From assembly GCF_006345805.1 (NCBI RefSeq), contig NW_021833771.1:1-55457 (forward strand): a stretch of 55,457 bases of DNA. Direction: 5' to 3'. The stretch comes from Octopus sinensis (lineage: Eukaryota). Within the stretch, counting starts at the first letter, position 1; each line of letters starts with the position of its first letter. The notes beneath the pieces are model-generated. The model made no database searches and was not told the DNA's origin. It saw only the letters and a program-made list of their open reading frames with translations. This document shows positions 39,177-53,020 of the stretch, piece after piece. A program made the position numbers and the translations under genes.

Positions 39177-39770
39177 GGCGGCGAGCTGGCAGACACGTTA
39201 GCACGCCGGGCGAAATGCTTAGCGGTATTTCGTCTGCCGTTACGTTCTGAGTTCAAATTCCGCCGAGTTCGACTTTGCTTTCATCCTATCGGGGTCGATT
39301 AAATAAGTACCAGTTACGCACAGGGGTCGGTATAATCGACTTAATCCGTTTGTCTGTCCTTGTTTGTCCTCTCTGTGTTTAGCCCCTTTGTGGGTAGTAA
39401 AGAAAGTATTTCGTCTGCCGCTACGTTCTGAGTTCAAATTCCACCGAAGTTAACTTTGCCTTTCATCCTATCGGGGTCGATTAAATAAGTACCAGTTACG
39501 CACTGGAGTCGATATAATCGACTTAATCCGTTTGTCTGTCCTTGTTTGTCCTCTCTGTGTTTTGCCCCTAGTGGGTAGTAAAGAAATAGGTATTTCGTCT
39601 GCCGCTTCGTTCTGAGTTCAAATTCCGCCGAAGTTTACTTTTGCCTTTCGGGGTCGATACATTAAGTACGAGTTACGCACTGAGGTCGATATAATTGACT
39701 TAAACCCTTTGTCTGTCCTTGTTTGTCCCCTCTATATCTAGCCCATTGTGAGCAATAAAGAAATAAGAAA
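39177..39770 (+). mobile_element. SINE family B tandem array: one full unit plus two headless units
   Basis: Head GGCGGCGAGCTGGCAGA; units restart at GTATTTCGTCTGCCG at 39406 and 39590. The central CTTTCATCCT.TCGGGGTCGAT.AA.TAAGTACCAG resembles the Deu/Nin SINE domain (from memory). Confidence 0.92.
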
Positions 39771-39781
39771 TTAAAGTGTAA

Positions 39782-40188
39782 TTTACTCTTTTACTCTTTT
39801 ACTTGTTTCAGTCATTTGACTGCGGCCATGCTGGAGCACCGCCTTTAGTCGAGCAAATCGACCCCGGTACTTATTCTTTGTAAGCCCAGTACTTATTCTA
39901 TCGGTCTCTTTTGCCGAACCGCTAAGTGACGGGGACGTAAACACACCAGCATCGGTTGTCAAGCAATGCTAGGGGACAAACACACAAACACACACATACA
40001 CACACACATATATATATATATATACATATATACGACAGGCTTCTTTCAGTTTCCGTCTACCAAATCCACTCACAAGGCATTGGTCGGCCCGGGGCTATAG
40101 CAGAAGACACTTGCCCAAGATGCCACACAGTGGGACTGAACCCGGAACCATGTGGTTGGTTAGCAAGCTACTTACCACACAGCCACTC
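39782..40188 (-). mobile_element. SINE family A, full length
   Basis: Reverse complement of the 23659 copy. Confidence 0.95.
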
Positions 40189-40745
40189 TGATTTTTTTTT
40201 TTTTACTCAGGTTAAATATGGATGTAACTAAAATACCGTTAATGTAAATATTCTTGCATGAAATTATGTTTCTTCTTTCTCCGACACTCATTTATTTATT
40301 TATTTATTTATTTATTGTATAACACATTAAGAATTAATTGGGTAGCTAGATCAGTCTTGATGGGACATTTCTAATTCTTTTATAAATATTTACAGGAATT
40401 AAATGTAATGTTGACACAAAACCATTAATTTCCTTGTTTACTTAGAATGCCGTGTGATATATTTGGATGTATTAGCGCGTCTGCCTCATACAAGAATAAA
40501 AAATTCTCTGAGCTAAGGAATCATTCATCAACTTGACAATACTAACACTGCTTTGATTAGTGCTAATGAAATTTGTCCCAGTGGATGGGTCGAAATTAAA
40601 ACCAATAAAACTAGACTTGCCGTCCGAGTTGCTTTTATTTTTTTTCGTGCGAAACATACGCTACACAATTTTCCTGAAAGTACTTGCCTTGAAAGAAACT
40701 GATGGAGACAATGGAAATTTAGTTCTAGCAATAATTGGGGTGGTA

Positions 40746-41345
40746 AGCTGGTGGAATCGTTAGCATGCCGGGCAAAATGCTTAGCGGTATCCCGTCTGCC
40801 GTTACGTTCTGTGGTAAATTCCACCGTTTGTCTGTCCTTGTTTGTCCCTTCTCTGTTTAGCCCCTTGTGGGCAATAAAGAAATATGTATTTCGTTAGCCG
40901 TTACGTTCTTAGTTCAAATTCCGCCGAAGTCGACTATGCCTTTCAGTATTTCGGGGTCGATTAAATAAGTACCAGTTACACACTGGGGTCGATGTAATCG
41001 ACTTAATACCGTTGTCTGTCCTTGTTTGTCCCCTCTATGTTTAGCCCCCTGTGGGCAATAAAGAAATACGAATCATTAGCATGCCGGGTGAAATGCTTCG
41101 ATAAATTATGTACCAGTTACGCACTGGGGTCGATATAATCGACTTAATACCGTTGTCTGTCCTTGTTTGTCCATCTATGTTTAGCTCCTTGTGGGCAATA
41201 AAGAAATAAGAATCGTTAGCATGCCGGGCGAAATGCTTAGTTGCATTTCGTCCGTCTTCGTGTTCTGAGTTCAAATTGTGCCTTTCATCATTTCGGGATC
41301 GATAGAATAACTACTAGTCAAACCCTGGAGTCGATGTAATCGATT
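40746..41345 (+). mobile_element. SINE family B tandem array of four partly deleted units
   Basis: Three GTGGGCAATAAAGAAATA tails, each followed by a restart at GTATTTCG or GAATC(A/G)TTAGC. Confidence 0.88.
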
Positions 41346-41650
41346 AACCCATACAATAAAATTCAAGACCTGTTACCTATAGTCGAAAGGAATAACAGAG
41401 CTGTGAAGTCACGTGCCTGGTGCTTAGAGTGTTGCACTCCCCATCGAGGTTTCGAAACCTGAATGGGGATGATCCACTGTGTCGAGTAACATAATTCATT
41501 TTGCGTTGCCCTCATCCTCCCTACAAAGGATTGGTATCCAGATCAGAAGGCGTGTTGTGATTTTGGTGTTTCAAACACCAATATAGACAGGGCAACCAGC
41601 CCTTTGACTCGGGGGACAATAATTACTACTCCATATAACAGAGCTGATTA

Positions 41651-41883
41651 CCTATTTCTTTACTACCCACAAGGGGCTAAACACAGAGAGGACAAACAAG
41701 GACAGACAAACGGATTAAGTCGATTACATCGACCCCAGTGCGTAACTGGTACTTAATTTATCGACCTCGAAAGGATGAAAGGCAAAGTCGACCTTGGCGG
41801 ATTTTGAACTCAGAGCGTAACGGCAGACGAAATACGGCTACGCATTTCGCCCGGGGTGCTAACGCTTCTGCCAGCTCGCCGCC
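41651..41883 (-). mobile_element. SINE family B, full length
   Basis: Reverse complement of the first 39177 unit. Confidence 0.93.
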
Positions 41884-42572
41884 TGATTACCTGACCACCT
41901 GTATACACCTGTCCACCCACACTTTGAACCAATGCTTAACACCACTATAGATACAAAGGTTCCATACTACGATTTGTTTTTTGTTTTTTTCAGTAGTATT
42001 CTATTTTCAGATCTACTACCCTATTGATTCATTTTATTTATTTATTACCAAAAAAAAAAAACAAAAAAAGATTGGTCCGGTTGAATGCGTGAGTTGTTTC
42101 TCTGAAATAAAGGATATAGCTTCGCTTTGGAATTGTACAATACAGGCTTGTCACAAAGATTTTCTGTTTTTTCTTTCTTTTTTTTTTTTGTTATGTATAT
42201 TTTTATCTATATATTTTTGGTAAATATGTTCATTGTCATTGAAGAGTTCGATGCTAATGGATTTGTTAAATTTAGATATGGCTACGTCGACCTCGATGCT
42301 TCACCCTGTTGACTTTGGTATCGGCAGCTGATGGTGTAAAAATAAACATTGGAAAAAATAAGAAAAAACTTTAAAAGAGATAGAGAGAGAGTAGGAGGGA
42401 GTTGGAGAAAGATAGAGGAAGAGTTATGATGTGTGTGTATGAGTGAGAGAAAGTGTGTGTGGTGTATGTCAGCGTGCACTATTCTGTATATGTGTATTTA
42501 AATGAGATCTCATGTTTTGCTGGTGACACTCCTTAGCGGTTTATTATAAAAAAAATAAGCTGGTATAGGCGC

Positions 42573-42721
42573 AGGAGTGGCTGTGTGGTAAGTAGCTTGC
42601 TTCCGGGTTCAGTCCCACTGCGTGGCATCTTGGGCAAGTGACTTCTGCTATAGCCCCAGGCCGACCAATGCCTTGTGAGTGGATTTGGTAGATGGAAACT
42701 GAAAGAAGCCTCTCGTGTATG

Positions 42722-42754
<33 letters not shown>

Positions 42755-42810
42755 TTGTGTTTGTCTCCCCTAGCATTGCTTGACAACCGATGCTGGTGTG
42801 TTTACGATTC
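42573..42810 (+). mobile_element. SINE family A, 3'-truncated
   Basis: AGGAGTGGCTGTGTGGTAAGTAGCTTGC head and body. Confidence 0.9.
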
Positions 42811-44384
42811 CTGAACCGGGCGGTACGTTGTGTTCTTGAGCAAAACACTTCTTTAATTAGTAGCGTCGATCACATTACTTTACTTGTGTGTTATTTTATC
42901 GGCCCCAGGAGGATAAAAAGTAAAGTTCGCATAACTTCGATTAAACTCAGAATTTAAAGAACCGGAAGAAATACGAAAAAGGTTCTGCCTGTCCTTTGTC
43001 TTTAATAATTCTAATTTAGGCGCAAATTTGAGGGGAGGGTTTTAATCAGTTGCATGCCTCCATAAATTCATCGATACTTTATTTCATTGACATCGAAGGG
43101 AGGAAAGGCAAAGTTAAGTTTGTTGGAGTTTAAACTCAGAACTTAAGGAGCTCTAAAAAATAACGCAAGCTTTTTTCCGGAGACTCAAACAATTCTGAAA
43201 ATTATGTTATTTGCTCTGTGAATTTTTATCCTAATTTTTTGTCTGGGAGATTTCTACTTCTATGTTCAGTCTTTTGTGCACCTGTCAAGTACTGCAGTCG
43301 ACATTTTGCGTTTGCAGATATGTACTAATATGAAAGGGGAATAGCCTGCACACTAGATCCTAAAACTTTACCCATCAGTAGAGCCTTGAAAAAGAGGGAA
43401 TAAATAAATTTAAATGCACAACTGCCGCATCAATATTGAGTATCTGTGACATCTTATCTTACTGCCACACGAACAATCAGGAGCACAAACGAATATCCTA
43501 TCATTCACACATGCAACTACTCAGTTTTTGTCTTCTCTCTCAGAAAAAAAAAAAACAACAAAACAACAGAAAAACAAATTTGCTTTTGGATTATTCAAAA
43601 GAAAAAAATAAGAACCTAAAAAATTAATAGAATTCACATACTGCACTGAATTTATTCAAATGTTCTACTTTAGAAATTTGTGTCTTTAGGCCAACGTCAA
43701 AAAATATGAGCGTAATCATAATTTGCTTTTATTGTTTTCTGTGAAAACCATATATTTATTCCTGGTGTGAAAGATGCTGAACCTCAAAAATTATATTTAG
43801 TTAATGAAGTCAAACATAGTAATCAAGCGAAAAAAAAAGGATTATATTGGAAAAAGAAAACTATAATTCATTCGTAAAATAATTTAATTTGTCAACAATA
43901 TTAAGCCGCACCCGTTTATGAATAATTTTTCCTATTTTACCATCTTAATTTTGATAATGCTAGAATCCTTTCAATAAAATTATTCTCTATTGGAGAATAA
44001 TGTAGAATTAGCAGTTGACCTACACACAGTTTCTATTCCTGACTGGAGATATATATCTTTCCATATTCTCTATATTTCTTGATATTATATGTATTCTGTA
44101 ATGTAATAAAAATAAATAACACTGTAGATTAGAGGATTCGAATAACCCAGACACTGTTTTATCAAATTTCTTTGAGCAGGAATGATAATGGAATATAATG
44201 AGCTGAATCTATAACAAATATCTAAGAGTCTTGAAACGAAAGGCGCTGGTTTCTCTATTTAATCGTAACACAATGACTTAAGTGCTTCACATTTCGTGCA
44301 TTAGCTCCTAACAAAACATATACATATAAGTCTACCTTTCTCTCTCTTCTCTCTCACCTCTGCCTGTCTCTCTCTCTCTTCTGT

Positions 44385-44574
44385 CTCTTTTACTTGTTTC
44401 AGTCATTTCACGCCTTTAGTCGAGCAAATCGACCCCAGGACTTATTCTTTGTAAGCCTAGTACTTATTCTATTGGTTTCTTTTGCCGAACCGCTAAGTTA
44501 CGGGGACGTAAACACAACAACATCGGTTGTCAAGCGATGATGGGTGGGGGGTACAAACACGGACACACAAACAT

Positions 44575-44580
<6 letters not shown>
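44385..44580 (-). mobile_element. SINE family A, 3' half
   Basis: CTTTTACTTGTTTCAGTC..GCCGAACCGCTAAGTTACGGGGACGTAAACAC. Confidence 0.88.
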
Positions 44581-44606
<26 letters not shown>

Positions 44607-44959
44607 CTATATATATATATATATTATATATATATATATAATATATATATATATTTTAAATTCAAGTGTTAAAGATGGCTATGTCAATCTAAAGCGGTTT
44701 CAGTCGCAAACAGCGGCCTTATCACTTCATCCTATCCTTTCAAAGATAATGTGTAAAAGTGTATCTCTAAATGGTATTCATTAGCTATGCATAAATTTAT
44801 TGCCCCTCGGTTCTCACTTATTGCTACTTTGGTTAGACTCTATAGAGAAGAAACATGGTTATAATCGATCCGGCCCTGACCGAGTATGTGTTTGAACTAC
44901 ATCGAATCGGTTCATCGAACAAACTCCAATATATAACCGGCTCTATTTTTATTGATTGT

Positions 44960-44993
<34 letters not shown>

Positions 44994-45029
44994 TATACAG
45001 AGAGAGAGAGAGGGGTACATAGATACATA

Positions 45030-45256
45030 GAGCTGGCAGAACAGTTAGCACGCCGGGAGAAATGTGTAACCGTATTTCCCGTGCCGCTACGTTCTGAGTT
45101 CAAATTCCGCCGAGGTTGACTTTGCCTTTCATCCTTTCGGGGTCGATAAATTAAGTACCAGTTACACATTGGGGGTTAATGTAATCGACTTAATCGCTTT
45201 GTCTGTTCTGTTGTTCCCTCTATGTTTAGCCCCTTGTGGGCAATAAATAAGATTGC

Positions 45257-45290
<34 letters not shown>
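45030..45290 (+). mobile_element. SINE family B, near full length with (TAGA)n at the 3' end
   Basis: GAGCTGGCAGAACAGTTAGCACGCCGGG..GTGGGCAATAAA. Confidence 0.92.
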
Positions 45291-45291
<1 letters not shown>

Positions 45292-46139
45292 TGGGTGAGT
45301 GAGTGAGTGAGAGAGATAAATTGGAGACAAGGACAGGAATCGTGAAATAAAGACAGTATTTTATGCATTTAGTCACTGACTATAAAACCTATTCTCAAGT
45401 TACAATAGCCTATTAATAATAGTGTTATATGCATAAATATTATATTCAACACATGAATATTGTATTCAACGCATAGCGTTTATACTGCGATACTTAACAC
45501 CTAAATCATTTAAACACTAGCACCAACGTTATTAAAGAAATAAGAAAGAACTTTAATCTATTGAATAGACTATTTCCTACAGCAAAATTAATAGGACAGC
45601 GAAGATGGCAGAATCGTTAAAGCGTCGCATAAAATGACCTACGGCATCAGTTCAGGGGTCGTGCGCTCTGCAGAGGTTAGCTGTTGGGAGTTACTGTCGT
45701 TGTTGTTGTTCTTTTTCTTCTACTTCTTCTTCTCCTAGTTCTCTCCCTCTCCTCTTATTCCACCGCCCCTTCCTTCCGCTCCAGTTTCCTCTTCGTTTTC
45801 GGCTCCGCCACCACCACCACCATCTCTTCCTCCGCCCCTTCTCCTCCTACATCTTTTTTTTTTCGGCCGCCTCTTCACCAACCAACACATACCACTTGTC
45901 AAACAACTCCAAAGGAAGGTGCGAAGCCATCATTAACTGACAGAAAAGGACGTCGTAAATCATTGAAGTTTTATCTTAATTATATTCAGACGTTAAAAAA
46001 AGGAAGAAAACACACACACAAAAAAGCAATCACTTAATCTACCAGACATAGCAGTCAAATCACTTTCAAATTACACACCACCGTATTAAATCGGAGACAA
46101 TTATTTTCTACTGGAGGCACCACGCCCGAAATCTGCGGG

Positions 46140-46497
46140 GAGGGGTCAGTCGATTAGATCATTCCCAGTACGGAACTGGTAACTTAACTTATCGACCCCG
46201 AAAGGATGAAAGCCAACGTCGACCTCAGTGGAATTTGAACTCAGAACGTTTCGACAGACGAAATATCTATTTCTTTACTCCCCACAATGGGCTAAACACA
46301 GAGGGGACAAACAAGGACAGACAAACGGATTAAGTCGATTATATCGACCCCAGTGCGTAACTGGTACTTATTTAATCGACCCCGAAAGGATGAAAGGCAA
46401 AGTTGACCTCGGCGGAATTTGAACACATAACGTAACGGCAGACGAAATACCGCGAAGCGTTTCGTCTGGCGTGCTAACGTTTCTGCCAGCACGCCGC
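46140..46497 (-). mobile_element. SINE family B, full unit plus headless partial unit
   Basis: Full unit 46268-46497, followed on the minus strand by a restart at GATATTTCGTCTG. Confidence 0.88.
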
Positions 46498-46736
46498 TTT
46501 TAAACCTGAGAGAATTATTCTTTTATTACTTTTTCAGTCATTTGAGTGCGGCCATGCTGCAGCACTGTCTTTGAATTTTTTTATTTGAATTAATCGACCA
46601 CGTTCCTTATTTTCTCAAACCAAATGCTGTTCTATTGTTCCTTATTGCCGAACCATTAGGTTATGAGAATGTAAACACACCAATACCGTGTATTAAGCAG
46701 TGGGTTGGGTGGTGTATCGGGAAATAGCAGGTACAT

Positions 46737-46785
<49 letters not shown>

Positions 46786-46804
46786 GCATTAAATAGTATA
46801 AAAT

Positions 46805-47136
46805 GTGGATCTGTTCGTTTTCGCTGACAGACCTTTTACTTATCTATCTTTAACTTAAATTGTTTGAATCTCCGTGTACTGGTGTAATTTATTATGCTGA
46901 ACACGGTTCACTTTCCAACACTCTTCCTTCAACTGAATACAGGTCGTTGAATGGTTAAAATAACCCAAACGCGACAACTTTAACACGAAATAACTTCTAG
47001 AATACGAAATTTTGTCAAAAATGTTGAAAGTAAACCGTGTTCAGCTTCAGAAATTACACCAGTATACGAAGTTTCAAACAATTTAGTTATAAAAAAAATA
47101 TTTCTAAAAATCTGTGATCTAAACTGAACAGATCCC
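46805..47136. mobile_element. MITE with long imperfect TIRs and 4-bp TSD AAAT
   Basis: GGATCTGTTC..TTT / AAA..GAACAGATCC ends; inner arms AAATTGTTTGAA..TACTGGTGTAATTT..GCTGAACACGGTT match their reverse complement; AAAT at 46801-46804 and 47137-47140. Confidence 0.8.
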
Positions 47137-48269
47137 AAATCGTACATGTAGGACTAGCAAATCCATTCACAAGGCTTTGGTCGGACCGTAGATATAGTAG
47201 AAATATTCGCTCAAGGTGCCGCGCAGTGGGACTGAATCCGGCGTAATGTGGTTGAGAAACAAATTTCCTATGCAGCTAACTTGAGACTATTTAGTTTTTT
47301 GTTCTTTTTCTTTTTCAAACATTTGAACATTAAATTATGTAGTCCTAGAATTACTATATCTGAAAATAAAAAGTCGGCGATACTAGAAATAGCAACTAAA
47401 TCTCAACAGACATACTTCATTATTTAAATAGAGAAGGATTTTTAAAATACTATAATTTCAGGTGTTACAAAAAGAGAAAAATAGCCAAAATCAGATGAAC
47501 TTTGACATCGGTTTTCACCGTTTGTTATGACCTGTGGCTAAATATTTCAATAACAATAATAAAAATATTATGAACAACATCAATGGTTTTATTCTATTAA
47601 ACGAGAAATAAAATCTGTTATGAAGGAAAAATATATTTCTATTTTGTAGTGTCTGTAAAATTCTTTACAAGTTTTCACAATTCTTTACAGCTTTGTGATG
47701 CTGGTCAGTGGAAGGTCAGTCTCTGTACAAAACCGACCACCTGCTATGTCACGTCGCTATAATTCTATAGCTCCATTTCCTGTTTTTCTCAAAGAAAACA
47801 TACTTATATTCTATACGTAGTCAATTTCGACGATAATACTCCTTTTGTTATTGGCCACAAGGGACGGTAGCAATAACAAATGATACCTGATGTAGTAGTA
47901 GTAAACTTCAAATAATGCTCAAAATATAATATTCCGGTATTGAAATTTCGTTAAACGTGATTTTCGTGTCGTATCCGTGTTGTCAGATGGTTAACTATTT
48001 ATTGCCAGTTAGTGTAGTAGTTTGATCCGCACACAAACAGGTGCTCGCAGAAAGACACATACACGTCCACTTGTGTTTGTGTGTGTGTGTTAGTGTGTGT
48101 GTGTGTGTGCGTGTGTGCGTGCGTGTGTTTGTTTGCTTTGTGTGTATGTGTGAGTGTGTGTGAGTGAGTGTGTGTGTGTGTGTAGATAGATGGATAGATA
48201 GAGGGAGAAATAGAAAGATAGCTAGAGAAATAGATAGATAGATAGGATAGCTAGATAGAGTAGATAGAG

Positions 48270-48540
48270 GGATGGATAGATATGTTTCTTTATTAGCCAC
48301 ACTGGGCTGCACACGGACATGACAAATTTACAAGGTAGAGCTTTTCTTTGGGGGTAAAAGAAAGGGGTTTGGTTTTCGATCAAAAGGGATCGTAAATGGA
48401 AAGAAAGAGGACAAAAAAGGGGGGGGGATAAAATAAAATTTTTAAAAAAGGGGGGGTGAGGAAAAAAAGGGAAAAGAAAAAAATCACAGAAATGTCAATA
48501 TGAAGTGTAAAGGTGAGGTTTACCCGTGGAAAGATGGACA
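48270..48540 (-). mobile_element. Putative LINE 3' UTR fragment (family D), copy 3
   Basis: TTTCTTTATTAGCCACACTGGGCTGCACAC..CAAGGTAGAGCTTTTCTTT. Confidence 0.55.
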
Positions 48541-48595
48541 GATAGAGTAGATAGATGGATGGATAGACAGATAAATAGATAGATGTGGCGAAACA

Positions 48596-48725
48596 GCCAC
48601 ATGGTTCCTGGTTCAGTCCCACTGCGTGGCACCTTGGGCAAGTGTCTTCGACTGAAACCTCGAGCCGACCAATGCCTTGTGAGTAAATTTGGTAGAAGGA
48701 ATCTGAGAGAACCCTGTGGGATATA
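48596..48725 (+). mobile_element. SINE family A fragment
   Basis: CCACATGGTTCCTGGTTCAGTCCCACTGCGTGGCACCTTGGGCAAGTGTC. Confidence 0.85.
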
Positions 48726-49190
48726 CCTATATACGGTGAGCCGTAATAAAATCACAGGAAAAATAAAAGACAATTAATTTATGGGATTCGGACAAAATCT
48801 CTCGAACAACACCCCTCCCATCCACTGACAAAACCCCTAGGCCTTCTTTTCCTGCGACTTTATTACCATGATATTTTTCCAGTGACTTTTTTTTTATATT
48901 CTTTTTCCTGTTTTGTCACTGTGTTTGATGCTTTCTTGTTTTCATGTCTCGAGACAAATTTTAACATCCAGTCCTCATAGTTTTAAGGGAGGTGTCTATG
49001 GCAATTGTGGAAATCTTCATTGTTAATGCCAGTTGTAAAAGTCCACGGCCTCCCTATTTTCTTGGAAGATAAATTCGTTCTATATCTAAATTTACTTCTT
49101 GAGTAGTTCTTTCGTGACCCTAAACTTGATAAAATATGGGATAAAGGAAAGAAAATGGAATCCATCATACACTTTATAAATAACTATGAT

Positions 49191-49578
49191 GTAGAGGCGC
49201 AATGGCCCAGTGGTTAGGGCAGCGGACTCGCGGTCGTAGGATCGCGGTTTTGATTCCCAGACCGGGCGTTGTGAGTGTTTATTGAGCGAAAACACCTAAA
49301 AGCTCCACGAGGCTCCGCAGGGGATGGTGGTGATCCCTGCTGTACTCTTTCACCACGATTTTCTCTCACTCTTACTTCCTGTTTCTGCTGTACCTGTATT
49401 TCAAAGGCCGGCCTTGTCACTCTCTGTGTCACGCTGAATATTTCCCCGAGAACTACGTTAAGGGTACACGTGTCTGTGGAGTGCTCAGCCACTTACACGT
49501 TAATTTCACGAGCAGGCTGTTCCGTTGATTCGGATCAACCGGAACCCTCGCCGTCATAACAGGCGGAGTGCTTCCACC
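49191..49578 (+). mobile_element. SINE family C, full length, with 13-bp TSD
   Basis: AAATAACTATGAT at 49178-49190 and 49579-49591. Confidence 0.95.
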
Positions 49579-50709
49579 AAATAACTATGATAGCCTATGG
49601 GAGTATGCGAGCAGCTGCAAACAACTATCGAAATGTATTCTGATTAAACGAGGTTCGTTTTGTCAAGTCACCTGTCGAGACACGCCTGCGCTAATGATGC
49701 CGTACCAGTATTTATACAACATCTCATCCGTGAGGCACTTATGCGCAAAGGGTCGAAACGGTTGTAGTGATTAAAAAGAGAATCTCGTGGATTCCATTCT
49801 CTCTTTTTTGCTTTCATATTTCATCTATGTATTTTCCAACAAGAAAAATACACAAACGTATACACAAATAACGAATAAAAACGCCGTATGCAGTTATATG
49901 TGGCTGGATGTGTTCGTTTGTATGTATTTAAATATATATGTATGCGTGCATTTAAACGACGATAGTGGTAGTTAAATGGTTCCTAAATGCTATCTAAAGC
50001 AAACTGTTCGTATACTAAATCATCGGCAATGGAAGTTTAAAGCATTATTTGTCATTTTAAGGAAAATTTTTGTAATTTAGTTATATTCATAGCTTTGTAA
50101 TGTGAGAGTATACGATAAAGGTAAGATTTTGAGTTTTATTTGTTTATATATATATATATATATCTTACTATTTATTTATTTATTTGACATTTCTCATTCT
50201 CTCCACGATATTTATTATTACTATTACAGGAAAAACCCATTAACTGATATATCATACATTATTGAATAATTATTTAATAAAACATAACACTAGTGTAGTT
50301 CACTGCATCTCTAACGGAGTATTGTCTATCATAAATTTCGTTATAACGGTTTAAAATGGTCTCCTGTAAATAGGCAAGCATTTAACTCATAAATCATGTA
50401 CGCTACGAAATACATAAAAAGTACGCCATTTTGAAATATTCAACACATATAAATGGCATTTCTGTTGGTCAGTTAAAAATGTTTTACTTAAAAATCATAA
50501 ATCTGTTTCAGTTACTTTATCTTGTTGTATATCTAAGCATTTATATTCGCCGTTCGTTCGTTCGAACGCATGAATTGCATATAACATAGGCAAACGCTCG
50601 GTAAAAGATGGGAAACAGAATTACTAATATATATGTAATCACATATTTACGCTGGCAAACGACAACACACATTATCATATACATACATGCATAATATTTA
50701 TATTTACAT

Positions 50710-50747
<38 letters not shown>

Positions 50748-50779
50748 CAGCTGTTTTGTTCCTTTATATATAGCTTACA

Positions 50780-51800
50780 TATGTGTGTATGTGTATATAT
50801 ATATATATACATATATACTCATATACATATATACTCATTTATATATATATATACTCATATACATATATACTCTTTTTATATATATATATATATATACTCA
50901 TATACATATATACATATATACTCATTTATATATATATATATTATACTCATATCATAATATACTCATTATATATATATATATTATATACTCATATACATAT
51001 ATACTCATTTATATATATATATATTATATTTATACTCATATACATATATACTCATTATATATATATATATATATATATACTCATATACATATATACTCAT
51101 TATATATATATATAATATCTCTACTCATATACATTAATACTCATTTATATATATATATTATATTAATATACTCATATACATATAACTCATTTATATATAT
51201 ATATATATATATATATACTCATATACATATATACTCATTTATAATATAATTATATATATATACTCATATACATATATACTCATTTATATATATATAATAT
51301 ACTCATATACATATATACTCATTTATATATAATATACATATATACTCATATACATATTACATTACTCATATACATATATACATATATACTCATATACATA
51401 TACCTCATTTATATATATACTCCCCCATTATATATATATATATAATCTCATTTAATATATAACTATATATACTCATATATATATTATAATATATACTCAT
51501 ATATATACTCATTAATATATATAATATCTCATATACATATATACTCATTTATTATATATATATACATATATACTCATATACATATATACTCCATTTATAT
51601 ATATATATAGATACTCATTTATATTAATATATATACCTTTATATATATATATACTCATATATATATATATACACTATATACTCATTATATATATATATAC
51701 ATATATACTCATTTATATATATATATACATATATACTCATTTATATATATATATACATATATACTCATATACATATATACTCATATATATATACATACAT
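50780..51800. repeat. Compound minisatellite with TACTCAT anchors separated by variable (TA)n
   Basis: Read directly from the sequence. Confidence 0.95.
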
Positions 51801-53020
51801 ATATATATCACAGCTATTTTGTACATATATGTATGTATGTGTTTATGTATGCATGTATATATGTATGTATGTATGTGTTTATATACATATCCATGTATAT
51901 ACCCATTTGTGCGGAAGTGCCTGCACATATTTAAATACACGCATCGATCACACACACACACGTATACAGCAACAAAAATATTACCAAATATAATACATGT
52001 TCACGAATTTATACCTATAAAAATATATGCATATGTGCGTGCGTTACATGGATAAAAAAAACACACACAGAAATATATGCAGCTATTTATCCTAACCAGT
52101 AAATTAGCATTGCGCTATTTTGCGGTTTTTCGATTGAATAGTGTGCTACAAACATGTTTATAGCCGAATAATCTTGAACAAGCTCTATTGCTCCTCGCTC
52201 CTGCCAGTCTTACTATGATAATGATTATATAATTGCGGGCATACATAGTTGCACATAGCGTTGGAGAAAACATGATCGTGTATTTATTATTTAGGCGGAC
52301 ATATTGTATTTTTAGTGGACTTTATTTTAGTGGCCTTATTGTATTTTTCCCCTCTTGATTTTCCTGCTCCACCGATTGTTTCAGATTGCTATTTATGTGT
52401 AATATATTTTTGCCTTATCCTCATAAAACTGAAACGCTAATAGACGTACAGATGCGCATGTGTATATAAGTGTATAAGAAACACTAATCCAATATAAACA
52501 CAAATTCTTCAGCCTACATACCTATACAAATCTTCTCTCTCTTTCACAATGTATGTATATACGTGTGTGCGTGTATGTGTGTATGTGATCATGTATGCAT
52601 TTACCTATCTGTCTCTCAATCCGTCTAATTTGTTTATCTATCTGTCTGTGTATGCGTGTGTGTGTATATATATATATAATATAAAACATATGCATATATA
52701 CATACATATATCTGTCTGTATGTGTGTGTGTATATATATATATATATAAAACATATGCATATATACATACACATATCTGTCTGCCTGTATGTGTGTGTAT
52801 GTATATATATATATATATAATATAAAATATGCACGCCCATATACATACATATATGTACATACCTACATCTATATGGGTATGCATATATGGGTAGAGGACA
52901 CCAAAAAAACGTTGAACACAATGAGAAACAGATAGATAAATTGATAGATAGATGTGTATATACAAATCTATGCATATATATGTATACACACATACCTATA
53001 CACACACATATGCATATATA

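Noticed and set aside
39177-41345. Regularly repeated units superficially like a CRISPR or satellite array
   Set aside because: The units are SINE bodies with no unique spacers, in a eukaryotic context.
41439-41468. 30-bp hairpin CCCCAT..AGGTTTCGAAACCT..ATGGGG
   Set aside because: Coincides with the T-arm/B box of a decayed tRNA-derived SINE head, where pairing is expected.
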